A DNA stretch of 64,000 nucleotides, taken from assembly GCA_010909165.1 (NCBI GenBank), contig MU008180.1, positions 867,884 to 931,883 on the forward strand, read 5' to 3'. The DNA comes from Anthoceros angustus (lineage: Eukaryota; Plantae; Anthocerotophyta). The translations under genes were made by a program, and so were the position numbers. The notes beneath the pieces were generated by a model. That model did not search any database and was not told the origin of the DNA. It was given only the letters and a program-made list of their open reading frames with translations. Numbering within the stretch: the first letter of the stretch is position 1; each line of letters opens with the position of its first letter. Of this stretch, positions 13,201 to 24,971 are shown piece after piece.

Positions 13201-13700
13201 ACGAAGCTGGAAAAAGCATCTAGCACCTTGGCCTTGCTATCGAATTGAAGTGGGCAGTTCTATGTAAGAAAATGTGACCAAGTTCACGAGCAACACGGCC
13301 ACACTGCATCACAACGCCCCATCACTGGGTGAGATCCCACCGCCTTGCCGCACGAACCGCCTTGACCGCCTGGATGAAAGAGGTGTTGTTTGCTCGCCTA
13401 CCGCCTCCGTTCTTCCACAACAACATTCAATCGTGGATTAGATCCCTTCTCACCATGTAAGGGTGCCTCCATGTGCAAAGATGCTCCAGATCTTGCCTAA
13501 CATCTTCCACACACAAAGATACATTTCGAAATTGCTTTTCCCTCCATCGGCGCTTCCAGGCAGCGTGCTTCGCTCTCTTAAGTGCACTCGAAGAGGGATG
13601 CACTGCTGGAGCCATTCGATTCCTTGGCCTGCTCTGGACAGGGCTCCCCTTCCTGCCTCCCTCCGTACGTCGCAGCTCACAATCCTAGGCACATGGTTCA
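10230..13700 (-). pseudogene. Decayed DDE-type transposase (copy 1)
   Basis: Fragments include QEVKQVVLQFW..SRPSSNSKD, ERN..CC.YHVEM, YHFYISDD..DTL, W.DG-like, YFGSGHGRGARWGGAILKR, and a C-terminal C-rich region. Frameshifted throughout. Confidence 0.75.
12300..12540. repeat. Minisatellite inside the transposase (CAAATGAGCATTGCAC and CAAATGACCAG units)
   Basis: Many tandem CAAATGA-anchored units, including two near-identical ~41-bp units, caaatgagcattgcacccagaacaaatgaccagag(g/a)ccagcg. The counterpart at ~20800-21000 has a different unit arrangement. Confidence 0.9.
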
Positions 13701-13819
13701 CACACGGGTACGGAGCGCCCTCAGCGCAAAGCAGGAAGGCGAAAAGGCTCGCAGGCGTGCAGATCGGAGGTTATGCTCTCATCAAAGATGAGCCGCAGCA
13801 ACTTGGGTACCTCGTTTTG

Positions 13820-14060
13820 AAATTCCGCTTACCCAAACTTTGAAATTCAAACAAGTTTACACTTGTTTGTGACCATGCCTCACTTTTAGTGTTCCGTGTT
13901 CACTTGGGATGGTTTGAAATTCAAAGCCGGACTTTGAAATTCCAGCGTATTCCAAACTTTGAAATTTGAACAAGTGCCAAACTTGAGTGTGATAGACTCA
14001 CTTTGTTCCGTGTTCACTTGATGGGATGGTTTGAAATTCAAATGAACTTGGGTTGTGTGT
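13820..14060. repeat. Subterminal repeats of transposon B
   Basis: Repeated TTTGAAATT(C) motifs and two copies of gttcacttg(at)gggatggtttgaaattcaaa. The counterpart is at ~22280-22510. Confidence 0.8.
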
Positions 14061-14192
14061 CTTGTGCTCACTTTTTGTGTCCAAAGTTCACTTGTCCATC
14101 CGTGATCAAACAATTAAATACCATATGCACAAATCATATCCTTTAACTCGAGCATTTTAATGTGGACTTGTTGCCTTGCTCTTAGTTATGGG

Positions 14193-14325
14193 AAAAAAAT
14201 TGAATCATTTCGATAGATATTCTAGTGGGAGAATTTTCGTTCGGGACATATAACACGCTATGCCGTCCCACATAATGTGGTCTACCTAACCGTGCTTGGA
14301 CCCATAGTGTCGTAAGTATTCTTCT
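14193..14325 (-). mobile_element. Short duplicated piece of the Gypsy-II integrase flanking transposon B
   Basis: Matches 22655-22790 (aaaaattgaatcatttcgatagatattctagtgggagaatttt...taagtattcttct), which is integrase core sequence. Confidence 0.7.
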
Positions 14326-17020
14326 TGACTGCTCACCCTCCTCCGTTCATTACGGCCTTTAGCTCATGACTCCCTCTCCAGTGATCGGATACCTCCGTCC
14401 AGGCTCGGGACTTCCTCCGGCTCTTACAGCAGCGTCCAACTCCTTGGATAGTCGCGATTTTCCTCCGTCTTGAGGCCAGAGGCTATCTGTTTCGTGCTCG
14501 AGTCGTGGATTCTCTCGTTGAGAATCACTGCTGCTCAAGCGCATCTTGGGTTGTAGCTCCGGCGTGTCCTTCATCCTCCATCTGCTGCGCCTCCCTTCTA
14601 CCTCCTGCTGTACTCGAGATCCTATCTCCCAGTCTTGGCCTCCACTCCTCCTGGCACTTTGTCACGGCCTTGAGTTAGCCTCGGTTTGCTGTGACTCTCT
14701 CCACGGTTCGATCACGTGCATAGTGATCCGGTCGCTCTTTGTGACTTGAGCTCCTTCGCCGCCTTTCAGGCCTCGCCCACTTGGCTCTGGCGCCGCCTCC
14801 GAGTCGAGCTCTCTGCTTGTGCGGGCCTCTTCCGCCTCTGCTGCGCTTCCCCTCTTCGCTGCAAGGTCCTCCGCCCGCTTGGGCCTCCCAGGCTTGCTTG
14901 TCGGTGAAGAACCTTAACCAGTCTGCTTGAACCGGGCCTCGCTCCGCCACCGGCGTTTCCCTCCTCGATCGGCGAGGACTCCGCCTTTTCCTTTGCCCCT
15001 CGGCCTTCACTTGCTCTTGGGTTCCACCATCCTCCTCGGGTGGCCTCCACTTCACAGGTCTTCTCATGTACCACAGACCCCAAAGCATTCCGTCCATGGC
15101 GGTGGCAGGACTCCGTGTTTCTTCCACGGCCGCGGTGAGGCCCCCACAAAGTCCGTAGTGGGGCCGGCATTTCTCGATCCGAGGACCTCCATACCCGTCG
15201 GAGTAAGTCGGTGGGTTCTCGGACCTAATCGGGACCCTCGGGTCACAGTGGTGGTCGAGTCTCACCCTCTTTGGCCCTCTTGGCCTCTAACTCCTTTGTG
15301 CCCTCTTTCTCACAGGGGCTCGGAGGAGGTGAGGGGTCAGGAGCAAGCTCTTTTGCCCCTTCACTGTCGGGGCAGGCCGGCTCGAGGTGGGGGCTGCGCG
15401 GTGACCTCCTGCTCCTTGGGCCACGTCCTTTGCCCTCCTTACGCCTCTTGACCTCTTGCCACTCAGGCGGGGTAAGTCTGGCACCTTGAGGTCTTTGCGT
15501 TGGTAAGCGGCGTCTTCCGCCTCTTGGCTCCCGTTGAGTTCGTCGGGGCTCGGCGTCGTTGTTGTGGTTTGTTGCCGGTCGGGAGCCGCGCCCTCGGCAT
15601 CGGCTCCCTCTGTGCTCGGAGGGGCACCAAAAGGAGGAAGGGAATCGCCTCCCAAACTTCCACAGGTGGTGAGGGGTTCGCTCAGGGTATGGAGTCGGAA
15701 TCCTCGATCGTCCTCCTCCGAGTCCTGGTCTTGAAGGGCGACCCCCACCTCAGGCGCCCTTGCACGCTCTACTTGGCGGGGCCTCCTGGGCGCCCTCAAG
15801 CTCTCCCTCCTTGAGGAGCTCGAAATGTCCCCATACATGAATCGGTATGGGGTCGATGGCGAGGCTTCGCTCCTTAGCTTGCGTGCCTCTGGCCGGGCGA
15901 AGATAATCCTTCCCAGTCGCTCTCTTCCCATTGGGCGCATGCGAGAATACCAGGTTATCACCAAGGTGATCCACCTTGGTGGCGAGTTCAATGGACAATG
16001 ATCCGGGCTACCGCCCTTACTCGGATCGGCGGATCGGATATCAACCATCCGTTGGTTGTCCCTGCGTTCGAGCCTCAACGCCGCTGGGCGCCTATCTTCC
16101 CCGCCTTAAGGGGCTCGGCATTCTTCCTCCTTGAGGGTTGTAGGCCATCCTCGGGACCTCAAGGTCCATCGCCTCGAGTCCTCCGGAGGTTCTTGGATCG
16201 GACCTCCTTGTTGATCGCCGCCCGGCATCTTCGGGCAAACTCCGGACTAGTAGCGTTGTCAAAGGTCCAGACCATTTGGAACACGTCCGGATGCCACTCC
16301 GCACCAATTCCCTGCTTCCTCCGGCCGGGGCCCGAAGTCCGGATAGCGCGGGTCACAATGTTGCGCTCCACGGTCCATGGCTCCCAGACTTCGGCTTTTG
16401 GGTGCCATTGCTTTCTCCTCCTCTTGTTCTTTGTGGCTGCTGGCGTCCGTGCGATGTTCCTCCTTGCGCGTTGTTGCTCCAACCTGATGCGCCACGCTCT
16501 GGTGGCCCAGGCGCCGGGCGGATTGCGGGCGCAAGGCTGTGAGGATGCGGGCTGCGAGACCTCCCTCCTTGGCGCGCTTGTGGAAGTAAGCTGGCGGAAG
16601 GCGCCTCTTCGTTGTCCGTAGCGCGAGTGCATGGCGTACTCGACCCTCGCTTCCTGCGGCCTTCGCGCGCGCGCGCGTGAATACTGCCTGCGGCCTCAGC
16701 AGGTTACAGTCTGACCTCTGCATGCCCGACCTCCACTCGGGGCCGTCACGTGGCGCCGCCTCGTCATCCTCACGCCTCGCTCCTGGGTTACTTTTGGCGT
16801 ACTTATCCTATTTTGACACAGGTGGGTTCGGACTTATCCGTTACTCGGCGTGGTCCGGAGCTTGCCATAGTGGTCCAGGGTCCGTTGTTCACTCAGTCGG
16901 AGTATACTCGAGCCTCGTCGGGCGCTTCAATTTATTCCTCCTTTTCCGCCTTATTTATCCTTCAATCCTAAAAAAGCGAAACCCTACTTATTTCCTAACT
17001 CCCGAGTGCATAGCCCCACA
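14326..17020 (-). mobile_element. LTR-like unit A, copy 3 (solo, no internal gag-pol adjacent)
   Basis: On the minus strand it starts TGTGGGGCTATGCAC at 17020. On the plus strand it starts TG at 14326, exactly where homology of the duplicated flank to 22790 stops. No TSD (left cttct, right ccatg). Confidence 0.7.
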
Positions 17021-18709
17021 CCATGTTTTGTAGTACTTGCAATGGCGTACGATTAAAATATGTAGGCAAGGGTTGCTGCGGAGAGTCGGGGTGAGATCGG
17101 CAGGTGAATCGCCCAAATCTTGACCGTCGTTCCCTGTCCTCCTTCAACAAGCTGCCCATCGAGCGTGTTTAATTCTATGAGGAGGAGCATGTGGCGTGGT
17201 GAGGTCTGTGTGGCACAGGAAAAGGGAGAGGCGGGTATACATGTGCGGTGAGAGGTTCTCGGAAGAAGAGGTGAGTATCTTTGTGGTAAGGGAAATTGTG
17301 GTTGCGTTTGAGGAAGCGGAGTAATAGAAGAGGCGAGTGAGACCGATGGGGGTGGACGGCGAGTCGCGGCATTCTGATCAGTGCCTAATTCCGGGAAGTT
17401 CGGACCCCTAGGAGGAATTAGAGTAGATGTGAGTCTATGTGTGTGTGTGGGAGGGCGACCCTCGGAGACCCCGTCCGTGGGCCGGAGTGTTTGAGTAGTC
17501 ACAGCACGTGCGTCTTGGCACTGTGAGGCCCGGATGGTTGAGTCAACCGCTGCGGTGGCGAGCAGCGCCACTCTGATGTGAGAACCCCGCGGCGGTGGGT
17601 CCTCCACGATTGGTGATTCCCGGTAGAGTGGTGGTTGAGTGGGTAAGCGTCGGTTGTGGTAGGTTAGAACGTAGATTAGCTCATCTTGACACAAAACCAT
17701 TCCCTTGGGATCGAATCCTAGGACTATAACGACATAGAGGGTAAATGTGGCCTCCTTGCGTCTTTGGATGCAAAAAACCCATTCCACAGCGGCATGAAGA
17801 CAAATTTTGGAAGGGTCTTCCCATTCGCAAAGGCGCTGAGGTTGTAGAGGGTAATTATCACGTGGAAGTAGGGCCACGGCTATACGAGCTTCTAAACAAG
17901 GGAAGGCTTGGGCAAGCAGGTGATGCTGCTTGAGCGGAGACTACGTGGTGCAGGCCAAAGTCGAGATCTTTGAGCAAGCCAATTTGGATCCCCACAACAG
18001 AGCGAGGTTGTCAAGTATTGGGTAAGCCCTCTGATGCAGGCCACGCTAGAAGCCCTAGAGCCGGACCAAGCTGAATTGTAGGTGGCTAGACTTACGGACA
18101 ATGGAGAGACTTGAATGGACAAAAATTGGGAAACTTGACTCCAATGTTGGACAATTTTGGCGTTTTCACTAGTGAATCAAGAGAGCCTCCGCATGTGCAT
18201 AGGAGAGCCTTCCTTCAACACACACACTCCCCAGCCACAAGAACAAACATGGGCGGAAAATAGTCTCTCGACATGATACACCTCTAGTTTCCCGTTTCTT
18301 GATTCCTTCTTGGAGACTAGCTTGGATTGTGTATCCTCACTCTCATCTTGGTGGGCCACGATGTCTATGATCAGCGCTTTCATTTGGACGTGGGTAGTCT
18401 CTCAAGCATCATGCGCTGCCGGATCTGCGGTTCTTGGGATCACCGCCAAATGACCACATGGTCTTCCGGACACTTGCCCAGTGGGCTGCCGAGCCATGAA
18501 TGGTCTTCGCGCCATACGCCTTGCATGTGCTCCAACCCCGTGCGCCCGCACCCCCACCGCTCCATAATCGCCGCATGCGCTGCGCCGCCATCGCGACCCC
18601 GCGCCACCGCAACACCCCGCACCCATCTCGCAGCCATGGCTCACTTGCTTCAAGCTTACCTTTGTACAAACCTCGGCGGGGCGGGGGATTTTGCGTTAGA
18701 GCTTATCAC

Positions 18710-21700
18710 CGCAATCTTGCAATTCGCAAAGTGCTCCATATTCATGCGGAGTGCATCGAGACCTTTGCGTGTGAAGATGGTTACGGACCATGGTATTTAG
18801 AAGTCGGATCAAGGTCATTTCGTGAAGGCATGGGCATATGTCCTAGTTTCCCTCCCTCACAAGCTCTTTAAAGGACTCTATGCGAGTCCGGCACATACAA
18901 TAGCCGGCCTCCTTCCACTCGTTCCAACAGTGGGAACTTGCAACTCTCTCACAGGTTGAAAGAAGGGTGACCTCCAGCGGAATCGTAGTCAAAGTGTACA
19001 CACAACCATCGGCTCACGCCGGAGTAGTATTACCCACAACTACCTTGTCACAGGAGGAAGTTTTGCTTGCTCCATGGGCCAGTAATGTGCTCCGTGGTCA
19101 CATGCCTTCTGCATTTTGCCAAATAAAAACTTGAACCTTCATCCCTAGGATCTTGCGCACGAGAAAGTTGTCTCCAAGCTCTAAGAGGTGCGAGTTCGAG
19201 ACATCCTCATTTGCAACCTCGTCAGCAGCGGCCCATCCTCTCCGGAGCATTTAGCGCAATGGTGCGATTGCACGCGGGTCTCAGGTCGACCAGCGGGATC
19301 CCTATTGGCCTCAAAGTGGCGAATGCGGATGCATATGGGGCAGCTCACATGCCGCATGGTCCATCCATGCAAATAGCACAAAAACGCTAGATGCCGCATC
19401 TTGAGCCGAGGTTGGTTGCATCCGGCGGAGTCCGTAAATGTGCATGCCTTTAGAACCGGGATTGGTGCACACCCCACGGCACTGCGGTTGACTTCATTCT
19501 TTCCCACCAACCAAAAACCCTCGCCTTTCGCCACTTGCATAGGAGGATCTTGCCCCATGAGATATCTTTGGACGCAGGAACTCGACAAGCGTCTGCGGCC
19601 TCTGCGGCCTTGCCGGTGAAGGTGGCGACTCTTCTCCACGTAGTGCCCTCTTTAATATGGCACCCCCATCGTGCTCCCCTTTTTAGTGTCGACCCAAAAT
19701 AACTCCACATTTGCATCCCCAGTTAGACACAGGTACCTCGCCACAAAATAGCTTGGTGCAAGCCTTAAAGCGAAGGCACCATCCACCACATCCAATGCTC
19801 CGTGGCCTCTTGTATCCATTGGACAGCAACCGGTCCAGTGTAGCATAAGGGCATCTTTGGACAAAGAGAGTGTCTTGCATGTCATCACTAATGTAAAAGT
19901 GGTAAAACTTTTGAACATTGCAATAGGGGTCCTCCTCTACCAGCCCCATCCGCATATATGTAACATGGACTAGGATAGTCACTTGATCACTATGCGATTG
20001 CATTGATTGTATCTCGTTACGAACTTGGAAAGCATAGTTAGCGAAGTCCATATGAAACTATCACATCCTCGAAAATCAATGCATTTAGAAACTCGAGGGG
20101 CTTGCCATCTTTGGGCGTAATCATGTGAAATGAAGGCAGCCAGCTTATCTTGAAGGAATTCAATCATCGAAGGATGAGTTTCCCTATAGACTAGCTTTAT
20201 TACGGTCTTAGAGGTTCCGTCCTCATTCACTCCCACTTCTGGTACTCAAAGCACCGCCACTTGACGTCACCTCGGCAAAATTGCTTGTGAAACCTCCTTA
20301 GGACGAGGGCCGACTTAGAAACTCCACAAGCTGCATTTACCAAGCAAACATTTTCGCCTATACCGATCCTCATCGGTGCTCTAGGACATAAAACAGATTG
20401 CACCATCTCGCAGACGGAGGTAAAACATCTCCGAGGAGCGTAGCACTTGTCCCCCTCCTCGGGTTTCTCTCCACACACCCCACAGCTGCACGCGCACAGG
20501 AGGTGCACTTTTGACAGGGCACTGCGTAGCAAGTTCAGAGCGTCCTTCAAAAACGCCATCTCGACATGGTACCTACAACAACAGACATTTCTCTCTTGCA
20601 GGGACTTGATGAAGAAGGGCTTCAGTTTCTCAAATGCTCGTTGGCCAATGTTGATGTTCGGATGCTCCTTTGAGCGCAAAAAACTACTGTCTGCGGATCA
20701 AACACGTGATGCATGCTCGGAACACAACCCTCTAAAGAGCCACATGAAGTGCCTCCCTCTCAAAGAAAGTGACGGACATCACGAAGTGAGCGGGTCTCGG
20801 CAAATGAGCATTGCATACGGATGAAATGAGCAAGAGCAGAGCAAATGAGCATTGCACCCGAACAAATGACCGAGGCCGGCGCAAATGAGCATTGCACCAG
20901 AACAAATGACCGAGACCAGAAATGACCGAGCCGGGCAAATGACGAGCTAAGCGCAAATGCCCGAAGCAGGACAAATGACCGAGCAGGCAAATGACCGAGG
21001 GCAGTGCGGCAGAGCAAGCTGCGCCAAAAGATAGTGAAGCGGCTCAGCGACAATCGCCACCACGGAAGGAAGGGCTGAACATGGAAAGTGATGTAGGGAG
21101 CTCTGAGGTCACATGTAGTAGTGTGATGTTGGCGAGGTGTAACAACTTACAAGGTTAGTGGCGTGTTCAGCGCAAGCATGGAAGGCACTAGGCAAGGAGA
21201 GATCGCTCACCACGGTGGCGGTGTGCTCACCACCGATTGGAAGTAGCAAAGACAAAACACGTTGAGCGATCACGAGAGGTATCCGAAATGGATTATGTGG
21301 GTCTGGAATACAAGAGGAGCCACCGTTGCCGCCTAGCATCCTTGGAGTTGGAGGAAGGCCTTGATGCCGTCTCCCAAAATTGCAAAACAACTTGCTTTAC
21401 CTCTTGGGTCAAACAATCGACGAGCCTTAGTCCCCACCCACACCGGCGCACCTCCTGGTGCACTTTGCAAATCGCGGGTGCGAAGATGGCGTGCCACAAC
21501 ACGCCTGCTGACCCCAAGGACCAAGGCGGATGCTCCGACTTCTTGCCTCACATCCTCGATAGCACAATATTCATGAAGGTTTGTCTTGCCTTCAACTTAT
21601 CGGGCAGCTTGTACACTCCATGACTTCTTCATGGCATACGATGTTAGGAAAGCTAGGGATGTGGCTTTCGAGCCTTCACCCCTCTGCAAGGAAGAACTCC

Positions 21701-22250
21701 TTGAGGCCACGAGCTGGAAAAAGCATCTAGCACCTTGGCCTTGCTATCAGGAATTGAAGTGGGCAGTTCTATGAAAATGTGACCAAGTTCACGAGCAACA
21801 CGCCCTGCATCTAGCAGCCCCATCGCTGGCTGGTGAGATCCGCCCCTTGCCGGCAGAACCGCCTTGACGCTCTGTGGATGAAAGAGGTGTTGTTGCTCGC
21901 CTCGGCACACTCCGTTCTTCCACAACAACATTCAATCGTGGATTAGATCCCTTCTCACCATGTAAGGTGCCTCCTCCACAGCAAAGATGCTCCGACATCT
22001 TGCCTAACATCTTCCACACACAAAGATACATTTGAAATTGCTTTTCCCTCCATGCGCTTCCAGGTGCTTCGCTCTCTTAAGTGCACTCGAAGAGGATGCC
22101 TTTGCTGGAGCCATTCGATTCACCCTGCGACGGGCTCCCCCTGCCTCCCTCCGTCGTGGACTCACAATACTAGGCACATGGTTCACACAGGTGCAGCGCC
22201 CTCAAAAGCGGCGAAAAGGCTCGCGCGGTCGGAGGTTATGCTCTCATCAA
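18710..22250 (-). pseudogene. Decayed DDE-type transposase (copy 2)
   Basis: ORF fragments: HPNINIGQRAFEKLKPFFIKSLQERNVCCCRYHVEM (20227..20679), DFANYAFQVRNEIQSM.SHSDQVTILVHVTY...YHFYISDD (19683..20051), EFLQDKLAAFISHDY..RWQ (19979..20236), and WSYFGS (19450..19716). Confidence 0.8.
20800..21000. repeat. Minisatellite inside transposase copy 2
   Basis: CAAATGAGCATTGCAC and CAAATGACCGAG tandem units, homologous to 12300-12540. Confidence 0.85.
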
Positions 22251-22654
22251 AGATGAGCCGCAAACTTGGGTACCTCGTTTTGAAATTCCGCTTACCCAAA
22301 CTTTGAAATTCAAACAAGTTTACACTTGTTTGTGACCATACCTCACTTTTAGTGTTATTCACTTGGGATGGTTTGAAATTCCCGCCAAAGCGGACTTTGA
22401 AATTCAGCGTATTCAAACTTTGAAATTTGAACAAGTGCCAAACTTGAGTGTGAGACTCACTCTCGGTGTTTGTGTTCACTTGATGGGATGGTTTGAAATT
22501 CAAATGAACTTGGGTTGTGTGTCTTGTCTCACTTTTTGTGTCCAAAGTTCCTTGTCCATCCGTGATCAAACAATTAAATACCATATGCACAAATCATATC
22601 CTTTAACTTTCGAGCATTTTAATGTGGACTTGTTGCCTTGCTCTTAGTTATGGG

Positions 22655-24971
22655 AAAAAAATTGAATCATTTCGATAGATATTCTAGTGGGAGAATTTTG
22701 GAGGTGGACATACGTCTGGCGTTGCGTCCCACATAATGGTAGTCTACCTACTTGTGCTTGGACCACAGCGTAGTGTATAAGTATTCTTCTTGGATTACAT
22801 TTCACCTCTCTGTTGATCCATACATATCGGTTGAGTCGTTGTGCTTTCATACATAGTGCACTCACAAGCTCTTCTTACATTGCCAAAACTACTGCGGTCG
22901 TCGGGATCTCTGTCATACGATGCACGTCCATGTAACACATATACATGCTTCTTGGACAATGGGCAACGAGGCTTTCACTCGCTTCTTATTAGGGATGAAA
23001 TGTTGCCCTTCTTTGAATCTATCAACCGGCTGCATAAATTGTGTGTGTGATTTCACATGTGATGGCGTGAAATCCATTGATATACTTTTAGAGCCCACTT
23101 GAATGGCGAGGTTGCAACAAACCTCGCGGTTTGCTCTGTCTACCTTATCCTGCGGCCAGTCTACAAGCATACTCGGCGGTATGCTTATCATTCAGGGCGA
23201 TCGTGACTTCTCAACTTCTAAGCCAGTTGGGTCAGTTCCTCTATGACTGCGGCCAGCATCGGCATGACACTTTCTGCAAGCAACTTCTCAACACAGCGAG
23301 TCGGGAATCACAATCCTGTTTTGTGAACATCAACAAGCCATTTTAGCTTAAACTTAGATCCGGTTGCTCCACTTCATTGATCGATCTTATCTAATGGATC
23401 TCGCGGTCGCCTTGATACTGCGTGTAGTGTTCGCTCGATCCATACGTACATAGCTTAAACAGGCCTCTTGGTAAAGCGTTATCAAACCAAGCTGCTTGCG
23501 ACTCAAGAAACGCCCGCAGATTCTCCTTCCAGCTTGCTTGATAGACACATCATACATTGCTAGAAATCTTGCGTCTAAGCTGTCTTGCTGCACAGTCATG
23601 GTGGTTTATGTAAAGCTCGTGCTTCGTTTATGCAGTATACGAAAAGATCTAGAAGATAATGTCTCCAAATCTTGAGACAATTGATAGCGGTGATCATCTC
23701 ACTTTTTAAGTAGGTACTTCCTTTCATTATTCATGAGTTCCTTGATTCGTACCATGGCCTACCTTCTTATGCTGGCACTCCATGATTCACAATGTCGTGC
23801 GCATTGATTATATACTTCTATATCCTTCTTTGGATCATAGATTGCCAATCACGGGGTAGTCTTTGAGTTTCAACCGAGCTTCGAATGCCTCTGACATTCA
23901 TCATCCCACAAGCCTTAGCCTTCTTCAAGAGATCGAGTTAATGGGGCTCAATCTTGTGAAACATCGGTACAAATCTGCATACATGCGCTAGCGATCCAAA
24001 ACGCATACGCACCTTCCTTACGTTCGTTGGGCGGCGAGACTACGTATGGTAACCTTACCTTATCGGGATCCGTGCGATCCATGAGAACAATGAATCCTAG
24101 AGTCTATCTCTTCCTTAACAAAGTCACACTTTGTTATAGCTAAGGCAAAATTTGTTCTTAACTACTCTTAACACTTTCCTCAGAGTGTTGGACATACTCT
24201 TCAGAGGTAGGCCTTGTATATGTGAAAGTATATCAATTATATGTACACTCATCAAGCGGATCTACGAATATAGTGTTAAAACGTGAAGCGTGGTTTCAGA
24301 TGGATCCAAATGGCATGACAAGGTCAAAGATCCATACCTTGTTCTACAAGTCATATTCATCCCTTTAGCGATGCGAATCGGTAATACGCCATTAAGATCG
24401 ACAGTGAAATACTTAGCACCTCTCGATCATCACAAATCATCCATGTGGCAGGGATAGAGAATTCTTCACTGTTATTATCTGATTGGTGCTACTGTAATCC
24501 AAGCATAATCGATCACCATTCTTCTTTGGCGTGAACAACCTGGTTTGAAGTTCCTGGCGTGGCTGGCTGTGAGGTTAGACATCATAGCCTGACTCTTGTA
24601 GCTCGTCCTGCGAGCATATCCGTGGCGCTCTTGAGTGATTGTACTTCACAGAGATCAATCTCATGATCTGATTCTTCTGGAGGTAAAGGAGGCAACTCAT
24701 TGGCATCAGTCCTTGAACTCATTCAAGGCTGACCTAGCCTTGGAATCTTTGCACGCTCTTGGGAGACTCCATCTCAAGACCATCTTCTTAGTCATGCGAC
24801 TGGTAAAAGAGTTCCTCTCCATCCTTTACACAACATTTGGGCTTTTTCTTAGAGATGATATCATCAATGCCATCTCGAGCCTGCTTGAGGCGCACAACTC
24901 ACTTTACTCTTCATCTCCTAAGATGCATGGTCGATTGAGTCCGTTCACGTCTTGTTGGCCTTCATCCATTT
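22655..24971 (-). mobile_element. Gypsy-II, 3' part: decayed end of PR, RT, RNase H and truncated integrase
   Basis: Motifs: ELPPLPP...DHEIDL (~24640-24700), YFT.DL..Y..IRI (~24370-24410), LVMPFG (24307-24325), RH MITAINCLKIWRHYLL and FLAMYDVSI...LSRK (~23480-23720), integrase SISMDF and VDRF, DRDP, and GSTER (~22800-23100). Confidence 0.85.

Larger units (their letters stand above)
7920..14192 (-). mobile_element. DNA transposon B, copy 1 (decayed DDE transposase, convergent accessory ORF, subterminal repeats)
   Basis: Colinear with 17080-22654 at an offset of ~8.47 kb. It contains transposase motifs and subterminal repeats. The right end is tentatively ...CTTAGTTATGGG at 14192; the left end is not found. 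Confidence 0.7.
17080..22654 (-). mobile_element. DNA transposon B, copy 2
   Basis: Colinear duplicate of 8600-14192. It ends ...CTTAGTTATGGG at 22654, next to the Gypsy-II integrase. Confidence 0.75.

Noticed and set aside
14223-14227. TAGTG (reverse CACTA) at 14223-14227 and 22685-22689 as a CACTA terminus of transposon B
   Set aside because: It lies within sequence that reads as Gypsy integrase, and no matching CACTA left end was found. The boundary ~30 bp further left fits better.
22655-24971. Ty1/Copia assignment (KQAGRR and VDYHYV resemble Copia RT/RH)
   Set aside because: Domain order RT-RH-INT and the motifs LKIWRHYLL, SISMDF, DRDP and LVMPFG are Ty3/Gypsy.
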